Positions 25,049-38,062 of a stretch of 64,000 bases of DNA are shown here, piece after piece. Made by a program: the position numbers and the translations under genes. Positions within the stretch are counted from its first letter, which is position 1. Each line of letters starts with the position of its first letter. Source of the stretch: Octopus sinensis (taxonomy: Eukaryota); the NCBI RefSeq assembly GCF_006345805.1, contig NC_043005.1:12772001-12836000 (forward strand). Reading direction: 5' to 3'. Below the pieces are notes generated by a model. The model saw only the letters and a list, made by a program, of their open reading frames with translations, was not told where the DNA came from and ran no database searches.

Positions 25049-25334
25049 TATTATTATTATTATTATTATTATTATCCTCCCTACCTGCACTATATCTCAT
25101 GTTACCCTTGGTGACACCACACTACTCTTTACTCCCCTTTTCTCCATCAGACTACTTACTACCTTCTGACGATCTTCTGCTTCCCATAGTTTTTGTCCCT
25201 TTCTGCTGCAGATATTAACGAACAGACGTTCAAGACACTCATTAATTTCAACAGTCTGGGGAAGCATTGTGACGATTATGGGTACTGTTTTAACTAAATG
25301 ACAAAACGATTGACTGTATGTTGATATGATAACA

Positions 25335-25731
25335 GTGGAGGCGCAATGGCCCAGTGGTTAGGGCAGCGGACTCGCGGTCATAGGATCGCGGTTTCGATTC
25401 CCAGACCGGGCGTTGTGAGTGTTTATTGAGCGAAAACACCTAAAAGCTCCACGAGGCTCCGACAGTAGGGGTGGTGGTGATCCCTGCTGTACTCTTTCAC
25501 CACAACTTTCTCTCACTCTTACTTCCTGTTTCTGTTGTACCTGTATTTCAAAGGGCCGGCCTTGTCACTCTCTGTGTCACGCTGAATATCCCCGAGAACT
25601 ACGTTAAGGGTACACGTGTCTGTGGAGTGCTCAGCCACTTACACGTTAATTTCACGAGCAGGCTGTTCCGTTGATTCGGATCAACCGGAACCCTCATCAT
25701 CGTAACCGACGGAGTGCTTCCACTTCCACAC
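25335..25731 (+). mobile_element. SINE family A
   Basis: TSD ATGATAACA at 25326 and 25732; tail CTTCCACTTCCAC. Confidence 0.92.
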
Positions 25732-27261
25732 ATGATAACAAGATCCCGTTGAGCAGCAGAAACTGTTACAACGTGAGACAGTAAATTCTTTGTGATAGTT
25801 ATATCATATCCTTCTATGTTATGAATCGAATCGCAGCAGAGCCAACTCTTTCACTCAGAGCTTTCAACATTTATAGACTATGTACCAGTAATAGAACGAA
25901 TGTATAAACATTGTTTCCCGTAGATGTGTTGCTATTTTTGTCAAAACTTCAAATCAATATCATACTGAAATTGATCGGATCGACTATACATCATCTAATT
26001 TTTTTTTTAAAGTTATTGTGCCTAGCCAAAAGAGATCAATATGAAGTAAGTTATTAACAATTTCCCATTTGTTTCATAGAAATCATCATAGATTTGTTAG
26101 ATTCCTGAGATATTTCCAATATTCAAAGATTTAGATTTAGATATACGTACACATTTCTGCTTTATGTAACGTGAGTAGAAATTAAATTATACCAACATAC
26201 ATAATCAATAACAAGTTTAATTGCATCGATCTATCGGTAATTCCCTGTCCACGACTCCTTCACCAGTGTCTGTCAATTCACTTAGGCTACGTACGTCGCT
26301 CGCATAAATTGTTATAACAAGCGAGACACGTGTAAAATCCACGTTCTATGTTTTTTTCTTATTCTTATTTTAATGCATAAATTTGCATCTTCACAATACT
26401 GTTGTATTATATCGAAGATTTTTATGATAATAAGCTGCATAAAACGAAATGGTTATTGAAAAATTAGGATTGTGATGATAACTCATAGTATTATTAATAC
26501 GACAGTAAATATTAATCAAGATTCAGTATGTGTAAATTTCGGGACCTCATTGTATAAAATGTTTAATTAAGAATCTTTCTGAACGGAAGTTTCTCCTTGT
26601 TTGTTGCATAACTTTGAGTTCAATATCCGGAATTTTCGAACTTAAGAGAAAATAGAATATAAATGACTATGGCTGTACATTGGATGCAGAAAATTCAGGA
26701 TATTATCAAAAATCTGACCGTGTGTATTATTTCATAAAACATGATAGACGAAAGAGAAACTAAATCCTCTCCATATTAAACGTTATATTTGTCTGTACTA
26801 TTCTAATACTAAAATTATCATTCAGTTAAAAATACTACATTTTATTGAAGCTTCAACACTGTTTTGATGAAGTTTGAGGATAGAATTCGATCTTTACTTT
26901 GAACATGTTTTCATAAACGCTTAATTTGTCACCTTTTTATAGTATATCTTATGTTTTTCTATAGCTTCTCTGTAACACCTCCCATATATTTGTACTTCTC
27001 CTATTTGATGTATATCGTGTATTTTTGTACTCTCTGGGTCCTTATTAGTAACAAAGAAATTGGAACGAGGTTACGAGCAAGGTGTTCAGCCTCACTCAGA
27101 AATTAGCTGAAATAGAGTTATTCTTAAAAATATCGAGCAGAGGTAATGAACGCCGTACCCCTACTCCGTCCTAACTTACCGCCTGTGTTGTGCCTTGCCA
27201 CAGTCCCCACTCGGTCAAATTAAGGCATCTGCACTTCCCCCTCCTCTGGAAGTGAGACATT

Positions 27262-27494
27262 CCTATTTCTTTACTACCCACAAGGGGCTAAACACAGAGA
27301 GGACAAACAAAGACAGACAAACGGATTAAGCCGATTATATCGACCCCAGTGCGTAACTGGTACTTATTTAATCGACCCCGAAAGGATGAAGTGTAAAGTC
27401 GACCTCGGCGGAATTTGAACTCAGAACGTAACGGCAGACGAAATACCGCTAAGCATTTCGCTCGGCGTGCTAACGTTTCTGCCAGCTCGCCGCC
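27262..27494 (-). mobile_element. SINE family C monomer
   Basis: Full head, central domain and TAGCCCCTTGTGGGTAGTAAAGAAATAGG tail. Confidence 0.9.
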
Positions 27495-27859
27495 ACTGAT
27501 CAACCACCCTCACTCAGAAGAGCAGGCTCGGAATACCGTGTCTGTCAAAGCAGAGACGCACCGAGGTTGCACCACCACCAGATTTTCTTGGCGAGTTAGA
27601 AGATGAGGCCTGCATTTGTAAGACACGTTTTTCTACAAGTCATCTTTTGGACGGAACTGCAGTCTTAGGTCAAGAAAAGACCAGCATTTGCCACCTGCAA
27701 CCACTCGCGCAGTGCGATCGATAGTATTTCGACTTTAGCAATTTATAAGGAACTGGTGGTAGGTAAGAGTGATGAAGAAACACAAGGAGCTGACGCAGAC
27801 GAACGAATTATTATGGATAGCTTTTAGAAACCTTGGCATGACAGTGTTACTGAAAGATA

Positions 27860-28560
27860 CTACCAGTTGGAGATAAACTCTACCGGAAAGGAGATACCGC
27901 CAGATGGTGCTGTCTGAGATGTACGCGGAGTGACGACACCTCACTACACTCACCAGTGCAGTGTCTGAGTATTGCCAAAGTTACGTCACATGTACGATGA
28001 AACTGACTACCAGCCGAATTCATCACGATGATCGTCTCACCATCCACATTAAACAGTGTTCTGGGCAGTATTCCTTTGTCTGGTGGCTATAGCGAAAGAG
28101 ATTGCTTGGTGGACAAAGCCGAAAAGATTGAGGGTAGACAAATTTCTTTTCGGTCAAGTAGTCATCAACTTTTGTAAGTCCCGCTTGGAGAGGAAAGAGA
28201 GGGTGGAGAGAGGCGAGGTGCTTTTGCCCAGGGAATTCGTCAAGTGGTTGGTGACCGTGTTTGAAATGATTATACTCAATAGAACTACTGTAAACTTATG
28301 CCTAAAGATTGGGGATCAACAGGTGGATAGCGATCTGTGGGGTTCTTTGACTGACCCTCCTCGGAGTCTCTCCAATATCAGAAGAACAGTTTCATCAACG
28401 TATCCACATATTTAGTGCACTATGTATACTTTTTATCTCAAAACTTTTTCTTCCCTCCTTTTCTTCTTCTCTTCCCCTTTTTTATGTAAATTAGCACACA
28501 AATCGTAAACAGTCTTTGTATTGTCCTCCATCGACTGGTGCCCCGGTGAAAATGAAATGA
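27860..28560 (+). mobile_element. Tx1/L1-clade LINE 3' fragment
   Basis: CLRC..SDDTSLH..VQC zinc-knuckle-like segment, then FLCLVAIAKEIAWWT...ERKERVER...EFVKW, then a 3' UTR ending GGTGAAAATGAAATGAAAT. Clade assignment is from memory. Confidence 0.6.
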
Positions 28561-28585
28561 AATCATCCTCATTATTATTATTTTA

Positions 28586-29078
28586 TTGTCTTTGCACCAC
28601 TTCTAACGCTGGAGATGTTCTTCGGTGTCAGCTGTTCATTGCCAGTGAACTAAAGTAACACACTTTATTTTTTCGAGTACCATCGTAAGTATTCGATCGG
28701 TTCCAAGCAGTGCTATTTCCTGTAAGTGCTCTACCCTTATTGCAGCCCCTATTTGTTCCATGTATTTCTCAAGGTTTTTACTCACAGTTCGCAGGGTTCC
28801 GACAGCTATTGGTACAACTACCAACTTTTTCGGCGACCACAGCTGCTTACCTTTTCAGGCTAATCTGATGTATCTATCGACTTTTCTTTCTTCCTTATCG
28901 CATATCTTGTTGTCAGCTGGAAATGATACATCTATGATCCAGTATTGTTTGCTTTCTTTCTCAATTAACACTATGTCTGGTTTCCTATTCTCTATCTCAT
29001 GGTTGCACTGATTCATAAAATTCCATAGAATCTTTGCATTATCATTTTCGATGATGCCTTCGGGTTTATGTGCGTACC
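28586..29078 (-). mobile_element. R4/Dong-like non-LTR retrotransposon 3' fragment (restriction-like endonuclease)
   Basis: HKPEGIIENDNAKILWNF...NRKPDIV...IIDVSFP...KEERKVDRY...VVVPIAVGTL...LQEIALLGTDRIL; (TAA)n tracts at both ends. Confidence 0.85.
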
Positions 29079-30017
29079 TTATTATTATTATTTTTAATTA
29101 TTAGTATCGCTGTTGTTGTATCTAAGCTATTTTGACCGTAAGATTTCATAAAGTTCTCCGACGTAAACTGGCATGATTAACGTTATAATTCTAAATACAT
29201 TTGCGTGGGAAAGAAGGTTGAAAACATCCATTTATTAATGGAGATGCAATTATCCTACCAACTCCTCTCCCTACAGCCAGCCGTCCAAAATTCTATTTTA
29301 AATGCCAGCAGGTTTGACGCTTGAAGAGTGAGAAAATGTAGGAAGTAGCCATGACAGACTTTATAACTGTATCATTAAACTTGCCTGCCTTAAAACTTTT
29401 TGCTGACTAAAGTGAAAATGTGAGTTTATCTGAAGAGATTTTAGAGAAGTATAAGTAATGTGCGGGCGTTAGACAAGACTAGTAATGCTATGGCGGAGTA
29501 CAGCATTCAGACAGGAAGCAGCACCAGTATAAACATTAAGAACGATAACGATAACACAGCAGAAATAAGAACATCAACAACAGTAGCAGAATCAATAGCA
29601 GAAACGCGATGACAACAACGGGAAAAATAAACACAAGTCGGAAAAATAATGCAGTAGAAGACAAGAAAAAAAAAATAAGATCGAAAAGAGTAAGAATGTC
29701 AACAAAATGTCGAACGGAATACGTTCGTAACAACAGCAACAACACAAAAACAAAAACAAAAGAACAAAAAAGACTACAGTGACAAAAACAAGGACAAACA
29801 GAAAATATAAATAACAACGGCACTAATTGAAAAAAAAATAATATTAACACCAGGAAATATAGCTCGTGGTGTCTAATAACGACTAGCAGCATGTTTAAAC
29901 TTGCTTCAGTTCCAAAGTGAAAATATACCGGTGGTTATAGCTGAGCGGTTAAAAGGGTCGCTTTGTAAATCACGCTGTTTTGGGAATCAGTCACCGCTGC
30001 GTGGAACTTTTGGGCAT

Positions 30018-30406
30018 GTAGCGGCACAGGGCAGCAAGCGCCACATTGGATGAGATCTCGCGGCAGCCATTGCCATCTCCGAGACTGGAGCGAGACCTCA
30101 CATGGAATCTATTTGCCATGCGCGAGATCACAACGAGGCTCGTTATGGAGAAAACTATATAAAGGGAAAGCCCTCTTCAAATTTCACTTCTTCGGCGCCA
30201 CTACACAGCAGGGCTTGCTGAACCACCACTGGCAGAGGCTTTCTGCCTGTCTATCTCCAGAGGCAATGCGCCCACACAAACAGAGCTTAAGATGGTAGCT
30301 GAGAGCAGCACACTTCACCTTTCCTGTAAATAAACCAGTTGTAAAGATCAGTTGTACTTGAAGTCTTTTTTCTTCGCCCCCCGGAAGCCTAAACTACGTA
30401 AAAAAC
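30018..30406 (+). mobile_element. Possible solo LTR
   Basis: Starts TGT, has TATATAAAG near 30156 and AATAAA near 30328, higher GC than flanks. No TSD found. Confidence 0.3.
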
Positions 30407-31347
30407 AAGAAAATGATGGAAGGAGACGATATTCCTCCGATATCGTAAACCTTACCTTCTATCATTAAAGGCAAATTTCTTCTAATATAAGCTCCGGGCG
30501 ATCAATAAGCTTGTAAGTGAATTTTGGGTTGACAGAAGCCCGTCGTATACACACACACACACACTATCTGAGAATAAAATTTTGATTTAAGGAAATATGT
30601 CGCTATAGAATTCAGTTGAGAGAGTAAGTCAGTTAAGAGTAAGATCATCGATTGTTGACTAGAAATTATCGACGTCTGAAAGCTATTGTCCAGGCGATTC
30701 TTCTTTTACTGCTTACATTGAGGATGTATAAATGTGAGTGACGTGTATGATTGTATAATGTAATTAATAAATTTGGTTAATTTACAAATTCAATGACGGT
30801 TAAAATTTATGGATTTACTCAGTAGTAAAGTTTATTACGAAGACTAAATACTACTAACATGTCGACAGCCAAAAATGTGTCAAATATTCGAATCAGTTCA
30901 TCTGATTTAGTTATACTTCTAATAACGATGGTTTAAATACAATTTCACAATGGTTAGTTAAGAGAAGAAATAATTGATTGTTGAGGCGAATAAAATGACG
31001 CTTGAAGCTGTATCTCAGCTGAACCCTGTTTTATTTTCCTTATTGGATTGTGTAAATATGACAGACATTTACAACTCTCCAATCTATTTAAGAAATGTAA
31101 TTAACTTATAAATATAAATGTAATAACTGCTAAAATCTGTGGATTTATCTCATAGTAAAGTTTAGTATAGTGAGAAAATATACAGGGGTGATATAGCTTC
31201 TAGGAGAAGCTGAATATTTCATTGGCAAGTACTCTCTCTTTTACTCTTTTATTTGTTTCAGTCATTTGACTACGGCCATGCTGATTTACTTATACTTAAA
31301 TTCTAAGACATCACACGTAAGCGAGTGAGTTGGTAGAGTCTACTACA

Positions 31348-31730
31348 GGGAAGCACTCCGTCGGTTACGACGACGAGGGTTCCGGTTGATCCGATCAACG
31401 GAACAGCCTGCTCGTGAAATTAACGTGTAAGTGGCTGAGCACTCCACAGACACGTGTACCCTTAACGTAGTTCTCGGTGATATTCAGCGTGGCACAGAGA
31501 GTGACAAGGCCGGCCCTTTGAAATACAGATACACCAGAAACAGGAAGTAAGAGTGAGAGAAAGTTGTGGTGAAAGAGTACAGCAGGGATCACCACCATCC
31601 CTGCCGTAGCCTCGTGGAGCTTTTTAGGTGTTTTCGCTCAATATACACTCACAACGCCCGGTCTGGGAATCGAAACCGCGATCCTACGACCGCGAGTCCG
31701 CTGCCCTAACCACTGGGCCATTGCGCCTCC
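31348..31730 (-). mobile_element. SINE family A
   Basis: TSD AGAGTCTAC(T/C)ACA at 31335 and 31731. Confidence 0.92.
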
Positions 31731-32289
31731 AGAGTCTACCACAATTGTCTACAACAAATTCGCTAATTACGCTGAGGTGTCTATGTCGTTGCCAGCAGAC
31801 AGACTCATTCTTGGACATACAAGCTTTGACCTAACCGAATATTGTAGATGTTACAGCGGGAGGGTAAAAGAGATCTGACCTAGCACTAGGCTTATAATCC
31901 TCGTTCTCCTTCTTGTTTTCATCTGCGCACCAATTCAACGTATTTTATTTGCTATTGTTTACAAATTATTTGTCCAGATTTATCTCCTCTTTCCTTGCAA
32001 CCTTGCATGAGCACTTGTACGATCTTGTTACAAACTATAATAAAAAAATACTTCCTAATTTCATTGTTGCACCTCTTTCATTTTTGTTATTTATATTTGT
32101 GCGTTTGACGTAATAAAACGACTATTTTCCCCCAACACAGAATATCTCTACTTTTCTCGAGGTCTTCTGCTTTAACATTTGGTGTGGATTTTTCTTGTCT
32201 GTAACAGATAATACTGGATTTGAATACTAACGTCTAAGACCTAATATTTATGATGGCCGGAAAGAGACAATGAAGTGGCAATAAAAAAA

Positions 32290-33040
32290 ATAGTGCGGAG
32301 AAAGGTCACAAACAGATTATGATAGACGCTAAACTTGATGCTTAAACCGTTTTATGCTGGAGAAAAATGCAGCCATATTGCAGAAATATTAAAGTTACTA
32401 ATGTGTACAGTGAGAACAATACATGACAATAAAGATAAATTAAGTCGAGTATTCAAACAGCTACTTTCTTAAATGACCAGACATTGATTTTTCAAAGATT
32501 GTATGAGATGCTTAATATAGAACGGTTCTTAAGTGTACGGATCAATGATCAGACGTGGCTTAATGTACCGATAAACTCGATTCTTATTCAGAAGAAAGCT
32601 AAAAGTTTGAATGGCGATTTGCAGGCAGAAGAAGGTGTAATTCTAATGTATAACCTTTCGTGGCTTGTAGACACTGACTTGAAACTTCCAAGAGGCGCCA
32701 TATTTTGTACAAAAATAAAAACGATCATTGAGCTGACAATTCTGATAAGACAATACCAGCTAATTTTACCAGAGAAGGTAAAAGAAAATATATTCGAATG
32801 AGTCTGTACACCAGCACAATGTATAACATTGAGGAAACTGGACCTCTGGAAGTGCATAGCTACGAGGATTCTTGTGAAGAAAATTCAGCGCCAAAATTGC
32901 CCAGAGAAGGCAAAGGAAAATGATATTGGAGTGAGTCTGTACACCAGCGAAATGTATAACATTCATGAAACTGGAGCTCCTTGGAAGCACATAGCTACGA
33001 GGATTCTTGGGGAAAAAATTCAGCACCAAACTTTCAAGCT
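32290..33040 (+). mobile_element. Tigger/pogo-like transposase remnant
   Basis: IERFLSVRINDQ..NVPINSILIQKKAKSL (CENP-B-type HTH) followed by YNI.ETG..WK (first catalytic motif, present twice). Confidence 0.7.
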
Positions 33041-33769
33041 TCCAAACATCGCCTGACATTCCTTGCCTTCGCAAATAATATTTTTGTTTTTGTTTTGTAC
33101 TGTAGTCTTCAGTCGAACCAAATTTTGTTAGTGTAAGTGGATAGACAAACGCTGCGCCCAATTGTACCAGTAATTCAACGTCACATGCTGTCTGAGTATT
33201 AGCATCATAGTACATGTCTATGCGGAATATTTACCCACATAAGCACAGATTCAATGAGGAGGTAGTTTAGTTGAACAAACAACTGAAACATCACCGTCAA
33301 AACTGAGAGAGATCCGTTTACACACGAACACATTGATATCCTCATGCACACATATGCACATAGGCATGTGCATGCGAGTGCATGTATTGGGGTGGTGTCT
33401 GGAATCTACTTCCGTGAACGACAGATGAGGGCGCTACCTGCTACTTAATGTTGAACAACCTGCTTAGAAGATTTGTTTATAGGGATCAAACGCCATCATA
33501 GAGATTAATAATATATTTTATTTTAGCTGAGTCAGTCTCTTGCTGTTCCGAGATTCACCTAAAAGGTACATACGGTCTTCAGACAAGTTATGGCGGTGGT
33601 GGTGATGGTGATGGTTTTCATAGAATCTTAGCCGTCGTTGCGTAGCTGCTATTGCAGAAGATGTGCTGGCTGACATCATCGGGAGCGGAATTGTTAACGG
33701 TAGTACCACCTACATTTGTGTGTGTCCTGTCATGTGACCCGATAATATTGCTCCAGCTATCTTCCGTGA

Positions 33770-33848
33770 TCTTCACCATCTGGATTATCATGATCACAAT
33801 CATCATTATCGACGTCATCGTCATCATCATCTTCATCATCACCAGTAC

Positions 33849-33905
<57 letters not shown>

Positions 33906-34154
33906 TACCATCATCATCATCACCACCAATGCCACCGCCGCGACTATCATCACTACAACCACAACCACCATTGTCATCATCATCATCATCATCATCGCCT
34001 CCACCACGACTACAACTACCATCACCACTACCACAATCACCATCATCGTCATCGTCATCATCATCATCATTCTCATCATCATCATCATCATCATCATCAC
34101 GACCATCATCATCATCGCCTTCACTACAACTACAACTACCATCACCACTAACAT

Positions 34155-34190
<36 letters not shown>

Positions 34191-34250
34191 CATCATCATC
34201 ATCATCACCTTCATCATCATCCTCATCATCAAAACACCACCGATCGTACG
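33770..34250. repeat. (ATC)n/(ACC)n compound microsatellite
   Basis: Direct reading. Confidence 0.95.
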
Positions 34251-34679
34251 TGCTTCATCATAACCGTCACTGGCAATATTTGTCAGCACCAGGTTGTTAC
34301 TAGCAACATGTCTGTGACGCTATGAGAATCTGTATCGGAATTCTGTAGGCGCCATTCATCAGATAAACATCGTCGACCTCACATAGAAATTTTTGATTGA
34401 CAAACGAACTAATAGCCTCCATAATTAGACATTACATTGAAAGACGAGCTGTAATTGTTATTATTTGTTTTTGTCTATTTTTTCTTCTTTTTTTTGTTTT
34501 GGGTTTTTATGTTTACTTGTTGAATTACTTAATCCTCAAGACAGCCTCATCCAACAGACTTTGATCAAAAGGCAATTCTAGCCATGGTTAGAATATATAT
34601 TTTATAGACAATATGACACTCCAGACTACATTATCCTATATATTTACTATGTGTACAGACACACATACACACTCACACA

Positions 34680-34835
34680 CACATGACAAGCTTCTGTCGC
34701 TTTCCCTCTGCTAAATCCATTCGCAAGGTTATAGTCAGCCTGGGGTTAGAGTAGAAGACAAGGTGCCACGCTGTGGGACTAATCCTGGAACATGTAGTTG
34801 GGAAGCAAACGTCTTAAGACACAGCCATGCCTGTG
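34680..34835 (-). mobile_element. SINE family B, degenerate 5' half
   Basis: Reverse-complement similarity to the 36720 head and CORE-like segment. Confidence 0.6.
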
Positions 34836-34842
34836 CCTATAC

Positions 34843-34879
<37 letters not shown>

Positions 34880-34880
<1 letters not shown>

Positions 34881-35002
34881 ATTGCAGCGTGGAAGGTGTT
34901 ATAAGCCATTTAAGAAACACACAAAAACCGCTATGTTGAAGTGAATCTAGCGGTTTGTATGTGTTTCTTAAATGGCTTATAAACACGTTCCACGCTGCAA
35001 TT
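34880..35002. repeat. Inverted repeat, ~54-bp arms with a few differences, 14-nt spacer
   Basis: AATTGCAGCGTGGAAGGTGTTATAAGCCATTTAAGAAACAC...CCGCTA versus the reverse complement at 34948-35002. Confidence 0.92.
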
Positions 35003-35668
35003 GTTTTCGTTCCAGCACACGATCTCAGATCAGGTCACTTGCTATGCAAGTACATCTCCGTAATATATATATATATGCATACACTCACACACGCATGCGC
35101 TTACAAAAAAAAGCACAACAAAAAACAGAAGTAGGATAAAAATAGACTCAGAAAAAAAAATCAAGTCGACATATTTCAAAACAAGATGTCTGCCACGCCA
35201 TAGCTTTTCGCCGTACATTACCGAAGAAACACGAGCAAAAGAAAATATAAAATTGTATTGTTTTTTACTGTCTCCCTTTACTTTTAACACTTTTCTTTTT
35301 GTAGTAGCCATTGTTGGAGTAGTCCATATTATTATTGCTGTTGTCGCTGTAGTTATTGTTATTGTTGTTGTTTATACTGTGTTATTCTAATTTCTTTTGT
35401 TGTAATTTTGGGTTGTAACTAATGATTATGTTTGTGGTAGTGTTTGTGTGCGAATATGTACATATTAGTGTTTACGTGTAGCTATTCTTCTTTCTTAGTT
35501 ACTGTATGAGATTTTCCGTTCACTAAACATCTGAAAGGATGATACACAGTGAGAAACACTCACATGCATATGTACACACACACACACACACACACGTACT
35601 ATCATATATACATACAAATTACATACAGACAGACATATATGTATATATATATGCGTGTGTATATTGTG

Positions 35669-35701
<33 letters not shown>

Positions 35702-35865
35702 GTGGTAGTAACTGCGTATGTGTATGTGTGCGGGCGTGGTAGCATGGGTGTGCGCGTGGTAGTGCGTGTGTGCGGTGTCTGTGTGTGCGTGTGTTAATGA
35801 TGCTTCGAGAGGTCAGCGCACGCCTAATGGAGTAATTTCCCTTTCATCAAAGCTTTTTTATAACG

Positions 35866-35940
35866 TTGTCTTAATAACTGATGAGATGCCGGAGCAGACT
35901 TCAGTCCTGGCATCCGAAACTCTGAGTTTTATTATGACAA
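35866..35940 (+). ncRNA. Type I hammerhead ribozyme (Penelope-type), apparently intact
   Basis: Stem I TTGTC.TAATAA/TTATTA.GACAA; CTGATGA at 35878-35884; stem II GATGCCGG/CTGGCATC with one extra C; GAAA at 35916; stem III ACT(C)/(G)AGT; GUU triplet at 35926-35928. Confidence 0.75.
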
Positions 35941-35952
35941 TCAACTAATTGT

Positions 35953-35986
<34 letters not shown>

Positions 35987-35987
<1 letters not shown>

Positions 35988-36345
35988 GCAGCCCGGTCCG
36001 GGATTCGAGCTCACAACCTCACGATCGTAAGCTCGATGCTCTAACCACTGAGCCATGCGCCTTCATATATATATATATATTGAGTTCGAATCCCGGACCG
36101 GGCTGCGTGTTGTGTTCTTGAGCAAGGCACTTTATTTCAGCTGTAGAAATGAGTTGCGACGTCACAGGTGCCAATTTGTATCGGTCCTTGCCTTTTCCTT
36201 GGGTAACACTGGTGGCGTGGAGAGGGGAGGCCGGTATGCATGGACGACTGCTGGTCTTCCATAAACAACCTTGCCCGGACTTGTGCTTGGGAGGATAACT
36301 TCCTTGGTCGAATCCCATGATCAGTGTCGTGGCCGAAGGGGGTCT
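35987..36345 (+). mobile_element. SINE family D with inverted tRNA head
   Basis: Head on the minus strand (35987-36065), (TA)n, then body on the plus strand from 36081. Confidence 0.85.
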
Positions 36346-36346
36346 C

Positions 36347-36403
<57 letters not shown>

Positions 36404-36444
36404 ATCAACATCTTTGTATTAATAAATACATTTTGAACCTACAT

Positions 36445-36640
36445 ATTCTTTTTATTTTAGGTACGAGACCTGAAATTCCAGGTACTGGGACTAGTCGATT
36501 ACATCGACCCAAATAATCAATTGGTAATTATCTTATCGTCCCCGAAAGGGTGGAAGTTAAAGAAAACCTCGGCGGTATTTGAACTCAGAACGTAAAGCCG
36601 GAAGAAATGTTGATAATCATTCTGTCCGGCACTTACCGCC
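36445..36640 (-). mobile_element. SINE family C, alternative tail, diverged
   Basis: Similarity to 15900-16116. Confidence 0.7.
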
Positions 36641-36719
36641 TTTTTCTTATATCTTCTACATAATAACAACGTCTAATATTGTACAGTGTGAAGCTGTTTA
36701 ACGTATCGTTAACTAACTT

Positions 36720-36891
36720 AGGCGCAGGAGTGGCTGTGTGGTAAGTAGCTTGCTAACCAACCACATGGTTCCGGGTTCAGCCCCACTGCGTGGCATCTTG
36801 GGCAAGTGTCTTCTGCTATAGCCCCGGACCGACCAATGTCTTGCGAGTGGATTTGCTAGACGGAAACTGAAAGAAGCCTGTCGTATATATG

Positions 36892-36928
<37 letters not shown>

Positions 36929-37146
36929 ATATGTTTGTGTGCCTGTGTTTGCCCCCCTAGCATTGCTTGACAACCGATGCTGGTGTGTTTACGTCCCCGT
37001 CACTTAGCGGTTCGGCAAAAGAAACCGATAGAATAAGTACTGGGCTTACAAAGAATAAGTCCCGGGGTCGATTTGCTCGAATAAAGGCGGTGCTCCAGCA
37101 TAGCCGCAGTCAAATGACTGATACAAGTAAAAGAGTAAAAGAGAGT
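36720..37146 (+). mobile_element. SINE family B (tRNA-like head, CORE-like segment, internal microsatellite, LINE-like tail)
   Basis: GGCATCTTGGGCAAGTGTCTT...CTTGCGAGTGGATTTG; tail GGCGGTGCTCCAGCATAGCCGCAGTCAAATGACTG plus (GTAAAAGA)n. Confidence 0.9.
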
Positions 37147-38062
37147 ATATCATAATTTCAACCCGTTAGATATTATAAAAGCTTGCTGGCATTTTCTAAA
37201 ATGAAAAAAAATATTTCAGTCGTAATTTCACCTCGTTCATTAAATTAGGTTAGCGTAAATTAATTAATCTAAACAACCGGTAATGGTTCATTAAGTGTAG
37301 TAGACAATTAAATCACAACCTATCAGTTTAACATATCAAATACCTCAATAATGTTGGTAATTTAACCCTATAAACTCTCAAATAAATTTATTATTGGTTC
37401 ATAAAGCTTAGCTTCCATCTCTTTTAATCCTGAATGAGTTAATAGCGATACGCCCACGTGACCTATTTAAGTTTATTTATCGCTTAACACACCGGGAGCA
37501 ATAAAAGCTAAATAATTAGTCGTAAATGCTCCATAACCTCCATACATCTATAATAATTATGGGTTACGTGTCAACATTCTAATCCGTTGTTTATGCACAC
37601 TAAAAATGTCGCAAACGTACATTCTATAAAATATTACGCACGCACACAAACACTCGCACATACACACATACACAGACACATGCTCTCACTCACTTGCACA
37701 CACACACACACACCACATGTGCCTACTCACACCCGTACATGCACATATGTATAACCTTGCATATTATTAGCTATACACATGTACACACACAATGCAGATC
37801 AAAACAAACAGAAGTGTACGACCGTTTTAACTAAAAATATAAGGCCTACCTACCTACCAGAGTTTAGTTCCCTTGGTACATAAACTACAAGTTCCTAGTG
37901 TCCCTGCATGTGTTTTTCTCTTCGCTAACATGCTCCATTTCAACTCATAAGAATCATAAGGTCTTTTCAAAATATGCTACATGTTAACACCGGATATTAC
38001 ATCACATTTATGGATAGTAGCACATTCATACAAACGTATATTTCTACCTCCTTTATCAGCGA

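Noticed and set aside
33618-34289. Poly-M/I/V/S/P ORFs (also 24062, 44742, 56574, 60630)
   Set aside because: They are trinucleotide or tetranucleotide repeat translations with no coding signal.
37880-37900. ACTACAAGTTCCTAG resembling the ZNF143/Ronin promoter motif
   Set aside because: It has mismatches in the CCC core and no CpG-rich promoter context.
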